Source of the DNA: a virus
Lineage: Duplodnaviria; Heunggongvirae; Uroviricota; Caudoviricetes
IMG/VR virus record: IMGVR_UViG_3300029686_000222
Coordinates: 1 to 36,195 of that record
Direction: 5' to 3' (one strand)
Length of the DNA stretch: 36,195 bases
A program made the translations under genes and the position numbers. The notes beneath the pieces are model-generated. The model was given only the letters and a program-made list of their open reading frames with translations. It ran no database searches and was not told the origin of the DNA. This document shows positions 26,381 through 34,839 of the stretch, one piece after another (the stretch's first letter is position 1; each line of letters opens with the position of its first letter).

Positions 26381-27340
26381 TTACTCCTTGTCCATTGCGT
26401 ACAGCCCATTAACCAGAGCAAACTGTGGCACCCTGTCCGCGATGAAAGTCGCATTAACTCCGCAGGCTTCGCGGATAGCGGGTGCCACAATCTCCGCCCC
26501 GCCACCGACAACCATCACCCGCCCGTAACCCGAAAAACCCGCCAGCGCGCGGATCACGCGTTGTTTCAGTGTTTCTTCCTTTTCACGAATAACCGCCATC
26601 AGGCCGGCGTAATGCGCGTCATTGTGGATGTGCTGGCGCAGCCAGGCTTCATCGTGGCGATGTTCGATAATGGTATTGGCGATATGGTGACTGGTACGCA
26701 TACCGTTGGTGGCCATCACTGACAGTACGGCATCGGCTATCAGGGAAACGCCTACGTGTGGATCGCAAAATACCTGGCTGATACCTGCCAGTTGTCCCTG
26801 AACCTTTGCCACATCCAGCGTGGTTCCGCCCAAATCCACAATCAGCAGGGATTCAAACGGACTCATGTCAGCCAGTGCCTTAAAGCCAGCCGGAATGGAT
26901 TCAGGCATAACCCGCACGTTACGGATAGTGAATGCCTCACCGTTCTGGTACTCCACCGGGCGCATGACGTTCGCTTTTTTGCGGTTGATGTTGGCCATGT
27001 CCGGCTGTGCGTTTGTGTCGAAATACTCGCTCAGTGGCAGGGTGACAACCACATCCACCTCCTGTGGCGTGATGCCTGATTTGACCAGCGCATGATGAAT
27101 GGCAATGACATTCACATCGCTGTACTGGTATTGCGTGTCGGTCGTCTGGACAAAGCGATCGCTGACCGGATCAAAACCATAGCGCACGCCATCAAGCATG
27201 TAGTTCGCGGGCTGCGTGCCACCGAACGGCGCAGACCATTCCGACTTGAAGCTGTTCGGGCTGATGGCGTTGCGGCGTTCGCCGTTCTCAGTCCATGCCA
27301 GCTTGATGTTGGTGGAGCCGTCGTCGATACAAATTTTCAT
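26381..27340 (-). CDS. parM: ParM/StbA-like actin-type partition ATPase, 319 aa
   Basis: N-terminal phosphate-1 motif MKICIDDGSTNIKLAW (R1 ParM: FIDDGSTNIKLQW); later LIVDLGGTTLDV and VVGGGA motifs typical of the actin/ParM fold. Confidence 0.85.
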   Translation of the reverse strand: MKICIDDGSTNIKLAWTENGERRNAISPNSFKSEWSAPFGGTQPANYMLDGVRYGFDPVSDRFVQTTDTQYQYSDVNVIAIHHALVKSGITPQEVDVVVTLPLSEYFDTNAQPDMANINRKKANVMRPVEYQNGEAFTIRNVRVMPESIPAGFKALADMSPFESLLIVDLGGTTLDVAKVQGQLAGISQVFCDPHVGVSLIADAVLSVMATNGMRTSHHIANTIIEHRHDEAWLRQHIHNDAHYAGLMAVIREKEETLKQRVIRALAGFSGYGRVMVVGGGAEIVAPAIREACGVNATFIADRVPQFALVNGLYAMDKE

Positions 27341-27371
27341 GTAGCTTTTCCTTATGTTGATTAATTAATCG

Positions 27372-27470
27372 TTTACGGGATTCTGAAATCCCGTTTTCGC
27401 CTGTTTTGTGCGCGCTTCATATATCGCGGCGCGTTTTTTGCTCATTTACGGGATTTGTGAATCCCGTTTC
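27372..27470. repeat. Two near-identical imperfect palindromes (~26 bp) flanking the parM upstream region; candidate parC-like centromere or operator
   Basis: TTTACGGGATTCTGAAATCCCGTTTT (27372-27397) and TTTACGGGATTTGTGAATCCCGTTTC (27445-27470); the second lies inside the last codons of gene A. Confidence 0.4.
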
Positions 27471-30239
27471 TGTCTGCTTTTTGTTTCCACTGGTCAGGCC
27501 ACCCCGCAGCAGGTCTGCTTTGCGGCGGGCGCGTTCAGTGGTTTCACTGATTCTCTGTGCGTGCTCTGCGTCACGGATGGCGCGCAGCATGTCAGAAAGC
27601 ACGGTAACGGGGGTTTTCATGGTGTTCTGGTCCTGCTGAAGTGTGGATGCCAGGCGTGCGGCGGCTTCGGGGTCTGATGCCCCCAGCTGTTCCAGATAGC
27701 TGGCAACCGGGTTATGGCGGATCTCCGTGCTGCTTACGCCGTGATTACGGCTCAGGCGCTGCCAGAGCTGCGTGATTCGGCTGTCCGGGCGGGTATCCGG
27801 TTTGCGTACAATTTCAAATCCCTGCGGTGCAATGATGCTGCCGTCAACGTACAGGCTGCCGCCCCGTAACAGGTGCTGCATCTGATGTTCACCGATATGC
27901 AGGCCGAGAGATTCAGCAGACTCCCGCCATTCTTTAGCGAGTAATTCGTGGTTATCAGGCAAAGGCCGCTGCTGTTTGCGGCTCTGTGTCCAGCTCTGCA
28001 TTTCATCACTGCTGTTTTTTGCCTGTTTGTCACGCAGCGAACGCATCAGCGCCCGGCGTTCGTGCCGTTTCAGTGAGCGCATCCATTCGTTCACTTCAAT
28101 GCCGTCAGGGAACTGCGGCCACGGTGTTGGCCGTTCTTCCGGCTGTTCTGTCCCGCTGTTGTCCGTTTCCTGTACACGGGGACAGTTATTGCCACGAGTC
28201 CAAGGGGCGGCAGGGCCGCCCTGAAGGTCAAAACCATTTTCGCGGGTGCTGTCTTCCGCTTCCGGTTTGCGTCTTACCAGCTTCCAGTTATCCGGATGCG
28301 TGCACACACGGGAGGATTCCCCGATGAGTGGTGACCAGATCCCGTAAATCTGTACGCTCTGTTCGCCGTAATCGTTCAGCTCATCTGCGAGGTCGTAGGC
28401 GGTGCGAATCAGGTAGTCTTTGCGTGGAACAAGTACGCCGCCCTGTTTCTCTATGTAGGTGGCAAAACATCCGGCATCAGCGGCAGCAAGAACCGCGTCC
28501 ATTGCGTCATCCTTCAGCCGTTGCGGTCCTTCCGGGTTGCGAGCCATCTGGCTGGCAAGGCGACGCAGTTCACGCCACACCTGACGGGAGGGGATACCAA
28601 AGAACTGGAACTGGCGGACCCGGTGAAGGCGCGCCCAGCCGATGGCACGCTCCACGCTCTCGGCCATTGATTTTCCGGTTTCGTGGTCAACGCGTGGCTT
28701 GCCCGTTTTCGGGTCGATGCCATCCACGGCGCGGTTGTCCAGGTTCTTTCCGATGTAGGTGGCGATGTAGCTGGTTGGTGTGCCTTTTGAGCCGTCGACA
28801 TACTCCACCTTAAAGCGCGGAGTAATATCATTGCCCAGCTCGTGGCGGTCTTCCTGAATGGCAATATCGCGGGTGTGGGACACAATGGTGTCGATTTCTT
28901 CCGGATGAGCAAAGACCATCATATGCCAGTGCACGGTGCCGTCATGGTGAGGCTCCACCGTGCGGATGCCATACCAGCGCAGGCCGTCGCGGTTCAGTTT
29001 CTTGCGGACCGCCGCAAAAAACGTGTTAACCAGGTAATCGCTGGAGTCGCGCATGGTGGCCCCGTTCCATTTGGGATTCGGATGACCGTTCTCTGTTGTG
29101 GCGTGGTATTTTGACGGGCAGGTGACAGTCAGAAACACCGCTTTGTCGCCACGGGCTTCGGCCAGAAGTTCCAGTCCCTTCATGGTGGCCATCATTTCTG
29201 CCTTACGGTGAACCGGGTTACTTACTCCCGCGTAATACACTGTCTCGAGATCAATCGTGAACCCGTCTTCGTTTTCCAGCATGAAACTTTTCAGGAAATC
29301 GCGTGTTTTCTCGCGCTGTGCGCGAAACTCGCTTAACGCGTCCTGGCTCAGATAGGGCGATGTTTTTCTGGAAACCAGACAGGCGGCGCGGAGTTGTTCT
29401 TCCCGCCACTCGCAACGTAACAGCCACAGTTTGCGTTTCCACCATTCCGCACAGGTCAGGCGAAGGATTGCGCCCGGCAGCAGCTCCGTGTCCGGTTCGT
29501 TCCTCCGGTCTTTATCTGTTGTCAGTGCGTCATAATGTGGAGGCATGGCGTGCAGGTGTAACGCCATGCGGGCCAGCATCTGATACGCCTTCAGCGTTAC
29601 GTCCATGGTCAGCTCGCCATCGGTCGCGCCAAAGCCATCACAGAGTTTTTCGAAGGTGCTGCTGAACATCGCCGCCGTCATGGTAGCCAGCGTCTGTATC
29701 TGGTGCTTGTTGAGCTGCGGCAGGTAAAGCAAATCGTCCAGGCGTTCGCGTCCGGCAAGAGAGCGATAACCCGGTGTCAGCCAGCGGTGGTCGGTGCGGT
29801 CCAGACGTTCGAATATTTTGCGCAGGGTTCCGCGCGCGTAGCGTTCAGCCTGCCAGCTCTTTTTGCCTTTCCGGCGATCGGCTTCCTGTTTTTTGCGCAG
29901 GAAGGAGAGGTGGCGAATAAGCGTATCGCGCAGATAGGACGGCAGCAGGCGCAGCGAGGCCATGGCTTCATCCACCGCACCGCGTGCCTGTTTTCTGGCT
30001 TCTCTGGCCAGTGTGATGGTTTTGTCCTGCTTTTCCTGTGCGTCCAGGCTTTTATTAATCAGGTTGCCCAGCGGTGTGGCGGAGAACGCCGCGTCAGCCA
30101 TTTCCTGGCGGCGCTCGTTCTCTGCCCGGTAGGCATCCAGCCAGGAGGAAAGTGCGGATTCAGGTGCGGGGATCCCCGTTCCTTCACGTCCTACTGTGTG
30201 GCGCGGTTGTTGCCAGTCCCTGATGTACTCTGTCGTCAT
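27417..30239 (-). CDS. A: Replication initiation endonuclease, P2 gpA-like (rolling-circle HUH-type), 940 aa
   Basis: HUH-like motif VHWHMMVF and paired catalytic tyrosines in YIATYIGK, as in P2 A / phiX174 A-type initiators. Confidence 0.85.
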   Translation of the reverse strand: MTTEYIRDWQQPRHTVGREGTGIPAPESALSSWLDAYRAENERRQEMADAAFSATPLGNLINKSLDAQEKQDKTITLAREARKQARGAVDEAMASLRLLPSYLRDTLIRHLSFLRKKQEADRRKGKKSWQAERYARGTLRKIFERLDRTDHRWLTPGYRSLAGRERLDDLLYLPQLNKHQIQTLATMTAAMFSSTFEKLCDGFGATDGELTMDVTLKAYQMLARMALHLHAMPPHYDALTTDKDRRNEPDTELLPGAILRLTCAEWWKRKLWLLRCEWREEQLRAACLVSRKTSPYLSQDALSEFRAQREKTRDFLKSFMLENEDGFTIDLETVYYAGVSNPVHRKAEMMATMKGLELLAEARGDKAVFLTVTCPSKYHATTENGHPNPKWNGATMRDSSDYLVNTFFAAVRKKLNRDGLRWYGIRTVEPHHDGTVHWHMMVFAHPEEIDTIVSHTRDIAIQEDRHELGNDITPRFKVEYVDGSKGTPTSYIATYIGKNLDNRAVDGIDPKTGKPRVDHETGKSMAESVERAIGWARLHRVRQFQFFGIPSRQVWRELRRLASQMARNPEGPQRLKDDAMDAVLAAADAGCFATYIEKQGGVLVPRKDYLIRTAYDLADELNDYGEQSVQIYGIWSPLIGESSRVCTHPDNWKLVRRKPEAEDSTRENGFDLQGGPAAPWTRGNNCPRVQETDNSGTEQPEERPTPWPQFPDGIEVNEWMRSLKRHERRALMRSLRDKQAKNSSDEMQSWTQSRKQQRPLPDNHELLAKEWRESAESLGLHIGEHQMQHLLRGGSLYVDGSIIAPQGFEIVRKPDTRPDSRITQLWQRLSRNHGVSSTEIRHNPVASYLEQLGASDPEAAARLASTLQQDQNTMKTPVTVLSDMLRAIRDAEHAQRISETTERARRKADLLRGGLTSGNKKQTETGFTNPVNEQKTRRDI

Positions 30240-30245
30240 ACTGAT

Positions 30246-30611
30246 TTACTTCGTCATACCGTCCAGAGTGTCACGGCAAACGGTAGCCAGCCGCTGAATT
30301 TCCAGCACGGTGTCTTCTGTGTCGGCATAGCGATGTGTGATGCGGATGCTGTCTGCAATCACATCGACGATCGCAGAGGATGGGCACTGGTAAATGCCAA
30401 TAACGGACGGGGTGCCGCCTTCAATGCGGTAAAGCCTGTAATTTCCCTCGTGGCTGTCAATCATGTAGCGGCCATCAATAACAATCTTTCCGTCAGCGAG
30501 CTGCGGTACAGGCAGGGATTTCAGGTACATGTCATAACGGTCACGCACGCGAACGGCAAGATCGCGCTCTGTGTTCATCAGCCAGTCAATAAAGTTTTCT
30601 GCGAGAATCAT
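30246..30611 (-). CDS. Hypothetical early protein (121 aa), translationally coupled to gene A
   Basis: AAGAGG RBS; its stop overlaps the A start. Confidence 0.5.
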   Translation of the reverse strand: MILAENFIDWLMNTERDLAVRVRDRYDMYLKSLPVPQLADGKIVIDGRYMIDSHEGNYRLYRIEGGTPSVIGIYQCPSSAIVDVIADSIRITHRYADTEDTVLEIQRLATVCRDTLDGMTK

Positions 30612-30683
30612 TGCGGCAATCCTCTTGTTACAGATGTGCGAAGGCCTCCCGCCGCAAGGTGCAGGAAAGGCCCGGAACCAGAA

Positions 30684-30914
30684 TTAATGGAGTTTGTTTT
30701 GCTGCTGGATGAGCTGTTGAAGCTCGTACAAATCATCCGCCAGATAGCTAAAAACAGAGGCGGAATAAGTGTTTGATAGCGCATGACTGCGTTCATGCAG
30801 CATATTGATGTGCATGATTTGCGCGACGCGTGATGCGCGGAAAAGTCTGCGGTTGATTTCAGTCTGGATGTGACGACGCTCCGCGATAGCGCGGTGCTGT
30901 TTGCGGTTTGCCAT
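30684..30914 (-). CDS. Hypothetical small basic protein (76 aa)
   Basis: ATG with AGAGAGG RBS; overlapped by a longer low-complexity ORF in another frame that was rejected. Confidence 0.45.
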   Translation of the reverse strand: MANRKQHRAIAERRHIQTEINRRLFRASRVAQIMHINMLHERSHALSNTYSASVFSYLADDLYELQQLIQQQNKLH

Positions 30915-31093
30915 GGTGTGGCCTCTCTGTTAGTCAGTTTTGAAAACTCACCATCCAGAGGTTCCAAGCTCGGGGTGGTGAGACGCACAGGGTTGGAACT
31001 ACCGGCTAACAGAGGACCCGGCCCAGCTGATGCTGGCCCTGTACGCCCCACCATAATTCGTGTGCGAAAAAGACATGGCGATACGGTACGCAC

Positions 31094-31114
31094 AAAAAAA
31101 CCGCTGGCGCGGTT
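31094..31114 (-). terminator. Weak candidate intrinsic terminator within the early-region intergenic gap
   Basis: Minus-strand AACCGC-gcca-GCGGTT followed by TTTTT; 6-bp stem only. Confidence 0.3.
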
Positions 31115-31234
31115 GTGCGCTCTGTTAGTCTGCGGGGTTCCAATCCCGGCACCCGTTTTATGAGATGCAGCGGAAATGTAACCTGACTGATTGCGGCATG
31201 GCAAGCGGTTTTTTTGTGTGTGCATGATGATTAC

Positions 31235-31795
31235 TCAGTTTGGTAATAGCTCGTACAGCACGGCGTCAGCGGCGGTGCGGCGACCGTAAAGAAAACGTGC
31301 TGTGCGAGTGGTGACTTTTATTTGCAGTGTGTGATTAATGTGTTTTGCTATCATGGCGAACGTCATGTGCTGCTCATCATGTAGTTCAGTCACCAGTTCC
31401 ACCAGGTGATCGCTGTATCTGGTCAGGTGGTGGAGTCCTCCGCATTTTCGCAGGCTGTAACCACGTTTTTTCAGGTGCACTTGTACGGTGCGAATGGTGC
31501 ATCCCACCTCGGCGGCCAGTTCCCGTGCCGTTCTGGTGCGGCGGTTTTCAATGAGAAAGGCGATCTCCTTTGCACTCAGAGTCTTTTTTTTGCGACCAAT
31601 CAATCCACGATCACGTAAAAAACTTAGTCGGTGCATAACTGCGTCATGGGTTCGTTGAATTTGTTCGGTTATCTGGCGTGTGTTGCACTCCGGATAAAGC
31701 GAGATAAGCATTTCATCTTCCTGTTGTGTCCATGGCTTTACATGTGCCGGAGCCACGCCAGGTGTACTCATTGGTTTGAGTTTGAAGTTATGCAT
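31235..31795 (-). CDS. HTH-containing early protein (186 aa); possible P2 B-like replication accessory protein
   Basis: GAGGT RBS; two helix-turn-helix-like segments (TRQITEQIQRTHDAVMHRL; TARELAAEVGCTIRTVQVHLKKRG). Assignment to B is by position only. Confidence 0.45.
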   Translation of the reverse strand: MHNFKLKPMSTPGVAPAHVKPWTQQEDEMLISLYPECNTRQITEQIQRTHDAVMHRLSFLRDRGLIGRKKKTLSAKEIAFLIENRRTRTARELAAEVGCTIRTVQVHLKKRGYSLRKCGGLHHLTRYSDHLVELVTELHDEQHMTFAMIAKHINHTLQIKVTTRTARFLYGRRTAADAVLYELLPN

Positions 31796-31823
31796 ATTTT
31801 TTTACCTCGTTAGTGGTGGTGCT

Positions 31824-31970
31824 TTACACGGCGTATAAACCGCGGTGGTGGCACCACACTTCAAACATTCGTTTCACAATTTCGCGGCAGTAGTAGCCAT
31901 CGATATCTCTTGTCAGGTCGTAGCGGTTGCCGTAACGCTGATGCATCCATCGTTCAAAGGCTTTGTGCAT
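31824..31970 (-). CDS. Hypothetical small protein (48 aa): MHKAFERWMHQRYGNRYDLTRDIDGYYCREIVKRMFEVWCHHRGLYAV
   Basis: Hand-translated; not in the ORF track. AAGGGA RBS 9 nt upstream; fills the gap between two early genes. Confidence 0.4.
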   Translation of the reverse strand: MHKAFERWMHQRYGNRYDLTRDIDGYYCREIVKRMFEVWCHHRGLYAV

Positions 31971-31981
31971 GCTCTGGTCCC

Positions 31982-32281
31982 TTACTGGTTAAGGAAAAAA
32001 TCAAAAACCTTGTCGATGCGTTGCAGCAGCTCTCGCTGCATTGCTTCCGGTGTTTCCGGTTCGCCAGGTGAACCCAGTGGTGCACAGAAATCAGCGATTT
32101 CATGATGGAGCGTCAGGCGAATGGCTGGAGCCATGGTTCTGGCGTGCTCCAGCTCATCCAGCAGTGCCAGCACAGCAGACGGCGAGAGCATTGCGCGAAA
32201 CGCCAGTAATTTTTGATGCGTTGCCATTCGTTGCAGGTCAGTCGCCAGTTCGCGTAGTTCCTGGTGGTTGATGGTGCTCAT
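31982..32281 (-). CDS. Hypothetical early protein (99 aa)
   Basis: ATG start overlapping the upstream gene's stop (operon coupling). Confidence 0.5.
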   Translation of the reverse strand: MSTINHQELRELATDLQRMATHQKLLAFRAMLSPSAVLALLDELEHARTMAPAIRLTLHHEIADFCAPLGSPGEPETPEAMQRELLQRIDKVFDFFLNQ

Positions 32282-32523
32282 GCTCTGGCTTCCTTCAGTA
32301 GCTGGTTAAACATGTGAGTAAGTGGGTTGCCACACCCGAACGGCATCGGGTTTACCTGGTAAGAGAACCGACCGCCTGTTTTGCGTTCTTCTCTGATGAC
32401 TAAGCCGTCGCGCCAGAGTTGGCGTAACTCCGCATTAATGGCTGTGGTTGGGGTATTCAGTGCTGCGGCGATTTCTCCACCGCTACAACCCGGATTGGCG
32501 GCGATGTAGTCCAGAATGGTCAT
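32278..32523 (-). CDS. Small winged-helix DNA-binding protein (81 aa)
   Basis: MTILDYIAANPGCSGGEIAAALNTPTTAINAELRQLWRDGLV resembles a MarR/ArsR-type wHTH; ATGA coupling to the upstream gene. Confidence 0.5.
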   Translation of the reverse strand: MTILDYIAANPGCSGGEIAAALNTPTTAINAELRQLWRDGLVIREERKTGGRFSYQVNPMPFGCGNPLTHMFNQLLKEARA

Positions 32524-32723
32524 CTGCGTGACTCCTGTACCTGTCGGATAAGGTTCACCCGCGCCACATTCGTGGCGCAGAAGTAAGTGCCGTCAGTGAG
32601 ATAGATGTGATGTGCATCTTTTTCTGAACGGTGTTTGTCGATAGTGGTAATCAGGCGTTCGTCGACCTCGTATTCGCGCCCTCTGGAGGTAAAGCGAACG
32701 ACGGGAAAATGCTTAATTGCCAT
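32520..32723 (-). CDS. Hypothetical early protein (~67 aa)
   Basis: Start taken at the internal ATG (MAIKHF...) because the first track codon is TTG. Confidence 0.45.
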   Translation of the reverse strand: MAIKHFPVVRFTSRGREYEVDERLITTIDKHRSEKDAHHIYLTDGTYFCATNVARVNLIRQVQESRR

Positions 32724-32746
32724 TACGCTCTCTTTGTCCAATAGCC

Positions 32747-33157
32747 CTATGCGTTAAATACGGCACGTTGCGTGCCATCAATGAATGCGGCCTGAGTGCG
32801 TTCTATCAGGCGGAGATTTGTCAGAACTTCTGACTCTCTTATGGGGTAAGGGGTAATCAGGTATTTGTCCTGCAATTCGGCGATAATGATGTATTGCTGT
32901 AGCTCCGAGCCAATAATATGAATAAGGTGTCCAATGTCAGATAAATTCAGTCTGGTGGTTGGTTGTGTTTTGAGAACCGTTAGTTCAGCATCCTGTTTTT
33001 CGATGATTTCGGCTGCTTCGGCGGTTATTCTTGTTATCATCATGGCCGTGGTGGCAGGCCCAATCATTCCTGCATTTGTTGCATCCTGAATGGCTCTGTT
33101 TGCGGTCTTCGATATATTTTTTAGCGCAGTTACAATGCCTTTTTCTTTTGCGTTCAT
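32747..33157 (-). CDS. Hypothetical early protein (136 aa)
   Basis: ATG with GGAG RBS. Confidence 0.5.
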   Translation of the reverse strand: MNAKEKGIVTALKNISKTANRAIQDATNAGMIGPATTAMMITRITAEAAEIIEKQDAELTVLKTQPTTRLNLSDIGHLIHIIGSELQQYIIIAELQDKYLITPYPIRESEVLTNLRLIERTQAAFIDGTQRAVFNA

Positions 33158-33250
33158 TTTTCTATCTCCATTATTTACGTGTGTGAATGCCTCCGCTAAT
33201 TCGGATGGTTTTCACGTTTTCTTATTTAATCTGGTGTTTTATTTGTGCTG

Positions 33251-33364
33251 TTATTCGTCAGAGAAAAAATTCTCAATCTTTTTCACTGAATGAATAATTC
33301 GCATAATCCCGATTGCGCAGGCCACCGAAATAATCAGAACAAGCCATGACATAAATATGCTCAT
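33251..33364 (-). CDS. Small hydrophobic peptide (37 aa): MSIFMSWLVLIISVACAIGIMRIIHSVKKIENFFSDE; single predicted TM helix
   Basis: Hand-translated; ATGA-coupled to the upstream gene's stop and preceded by GGGGAA. The 67-aa track ORF 33273-33476 in another frame was rejected in its favour. Confidence 0.35.
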   Translation of the reverse strand: MSIFMSWLVLIISVACAIGIMRIIHSVKKIENFFSDE

Positions 33365-33603
33365 ACGATATTCCCCAGTTTATACGGTTCAATGCGTTCA
33401 CCGCATTCTGCAGCGCAGACGAGTTCGGAGAGTTCGTTAATTGCATCCAAATCGTCAGCGTAAAAAGCCACGTCATAAAGGCTTCTGATTGCCCTTGCTA
33501 ATGAATCATGGGCTGCGTGTTCTGCCTGGGCCCCTGATGTGTTTAGGCGAAAATAAAAACGCTCAAGTGCTTTGTTGACAAGAGCTTTATATTCTTTGTC
33601 CAT
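33361..33603 (-). CDS. Hypothetical early protein (~80 aa)
   Basis: Start at the internal ATG (MDKEYKALVNK...) with AAGGG RBS. Confidence 0.45.
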   Translation of the reverse strand: MDKEYKALVNKALERFYFRLNTSGAQAEHAAHDSLARAIRSLYDVAFYADDLDAINELSELVCAAECGERIEPYKLGNIV

Positions 33604-33613
33604 CGCACACCCT

Positions 33614-33901
33614 TTAATCTGCCTTCTGGATTTCTGCTTCTGAATCCATACAAATAATTTCGATATAGGGTTTATCGCCATTAACCTGACGAGCCTTTTC
33701 AGCTTCGCTAATGATTTCGCGTACGGTCTGGTACGGAAGTTCCACGATCAGTCGCGTGCCGTTCAGATAAACGTAAGTGGCTTCATCGGTTCCGTTTTTC
33801 CCCGCCGGAGCCACTCCATCAATAGCGGATGCGCGTAATAACAGTTCACCGCGAAAATCAATAAAGCGGATAAATACACCTTGAGTATGGTCTTTAGTCA
33901 T
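33614..33901 (-). CDS. Hypothetical early protein (~95 aa)
   Basis: Start at the internal ATG (MTKDHTQGVFIRF...) with AGGTG RBS. Confidence 0.5.
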   Translation of the reverse strand: MTKDHTQGVFIRFIDFRGELLLRASAIDGVAPAGKNGTDEATYVYLNGTRLIVELPYQTVREIISEAEKARQVNGDKPYIEIICMDSEAEIQKAD

Positions 33902-33911
33902 AAAGCACCTG

Positions 33912-34262
33912 TTATAAATCAGCCTGTTTAATAAAACTCTGTCCACGCAGCAGGCGATCAACCGTGCGTAGTGCTTCGTACAATGTGAAATCCTGTCCGA
34001 ACTGATTGTCGCCGCTGCTTAGTGCAAAAATGCGGTTTCCGGTAAACGGATTGCGCGGGCATTTGTGGACCACGATTCCAGCTTTCTCAATCAGCCAGGT
34101 ATGCTCGCCGATTTGTTTTACAGCGTGTCCGTCTGGTGTTGCGTGTGTTTCGCTCAGGCTGTAGCGAGAGCCGCTGCGTGATGCACTGGTGGCGAAACGG
34201 TTAGCATGGCGTTCCGCACCGTTGCGGAAGCGCTGCTGTGAAGAATTGCACCGTTCCTTCAT
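33912..34262 (-). CDS. Hypothetical early protein (116 aa)
   Basis: ATG with GGCGGAG RBS; first gene after the cox-like gene. Confidence 0.5.
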   Translation of the reverse strand: MKERCNSSQQRFRNGAERHANRFATSASRSGSRYSLSETHATPDGHAVKQIGEHTWLIEKAGIVVHKCPRNPFTGNRIFALSSGDNQFGQDFTLYEALRTVDRLLRGQSFIKQADL

Positions 34263-34299
34263 ATCAAAATACTCCGCCTAAAATGAATTATGGTTTGAG

Positions 34300-34764
34300 T
34301 TATGCTGCTTTACCGTTGATGTTTCTGTTTCGTCTGCCACTTGTTGGCTTAAACAAAAACAGACGGTTTTCCCAGTCGTGCCATTCCTGAGGTGCGTTTT
34401 CGATGAGGCGATCGCATGCTTCATCCCACGCTTTTCTGTTGATGTAGAGTTCAGCGTTTCCGCCTGGCTTGAGAGGGTCCGCCATATACACCGCAGGTAG
34501 CTTTCCTGCTTTTGCCATGCTTACGATGGCATCAACGGTCTTTCCGATATACATCGCAAACCCTTCTTTTGACAGGAGATGCGAGGGATTTTCTGAAAGT
34601 CGAATTTCTTCACGTTCACGTGCTTTGCGTCCTGTTTTTTGATGCTCACCTTCTGGCATTTCTGACAGGTGATCGCATCGTGTTCCGCAAAGTGACTCAG
34701 GCGCGTTTTGAGTGCTTTCTTGCATCTGATATCCTCCGCCATTGGTGCTCTTTCTAATTGGCAC
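34300..34764 (-). CDS. Cox-like excisionase / early-promoter regulator; start uncertain
   Basis: C-terminal ~85 aa (GFAMYIGKTVDAIVSMAKAGKLPAVYMADPL...) parallels P2 Cox (EFAKLIGKSTGAVRRMIDKGKLPVIDMTDP...). Divergent from C. The GTG at 34764 gives 154 aa; internal ATGs at codons 14, 36 and 71 are alternatives. Confidence 0.6.
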   Translation of the reverse strand: MPIRKSTNGGGYQMQESTQNAPESLCGTRCDHLSEMPEGEHQKTGRKAREREEIRLSENPSHLLSKEGFAMYIGKTVDAIVSMAKAGKLPAVYMADPLKPGGNAELYINRKAWDEACDRLIENAPQEWHDWENRLFLFKPTSGRRNRNINGKAA

Positions 34765-34839
34765 TAGTTGGAACCACTTAGAACATTTGTTTGCTGTTCA
34801 TATGTGGTGTTAATCTACACATATGTAGGAGTTTGTCAA
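34765..34839. promoter_or_regulatory. Divergent C / cox-like promoter-operator region with inverted repeats
   Basis: 75-bp gap between divergent repressor and cox-like genes; CATATGTG ... CACATATG inverted repeat and GAACA..TGTTC dyad. Confidence 0.5.

Noticed and set aside
29703-30776. 357-aa plus-strand ORF
   Set aside because: Entirely antisense to gene A and the gene upstream of it; Arg/Ala/Gly-rich low-complexity translation typical of the reverse frame of a GC-rich gene; no RBS.
30608-31225. 205-aa minus-strand ORF spanning the early intergenic island
   Set aside because: Low-complexity Ser/Thr/Gly-rich translation with no RBS; it overlaps, in a different frame, a shorter ORF (30684-30914) that has a good RBS. 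The region is treated as non-coding with repeats.
33273-33476. 67-aa minus-strand ORF
   Set aside because: Overlaps the end of the 80-aa gene out of frame; a 37-aa peptide in another frame has the stop-start coupling and RBS, so that is the preferred call.
34300-34764. Full 154-aa reading of the cox-like ORF as a larger two-domain protein
   Set aside because: The N-terminal 60-70 residues are low complexity and only the C-terminal part resembles P2 Cox. The larger protein is not excluded, but the start is uncertain and no extra domain is claimed.
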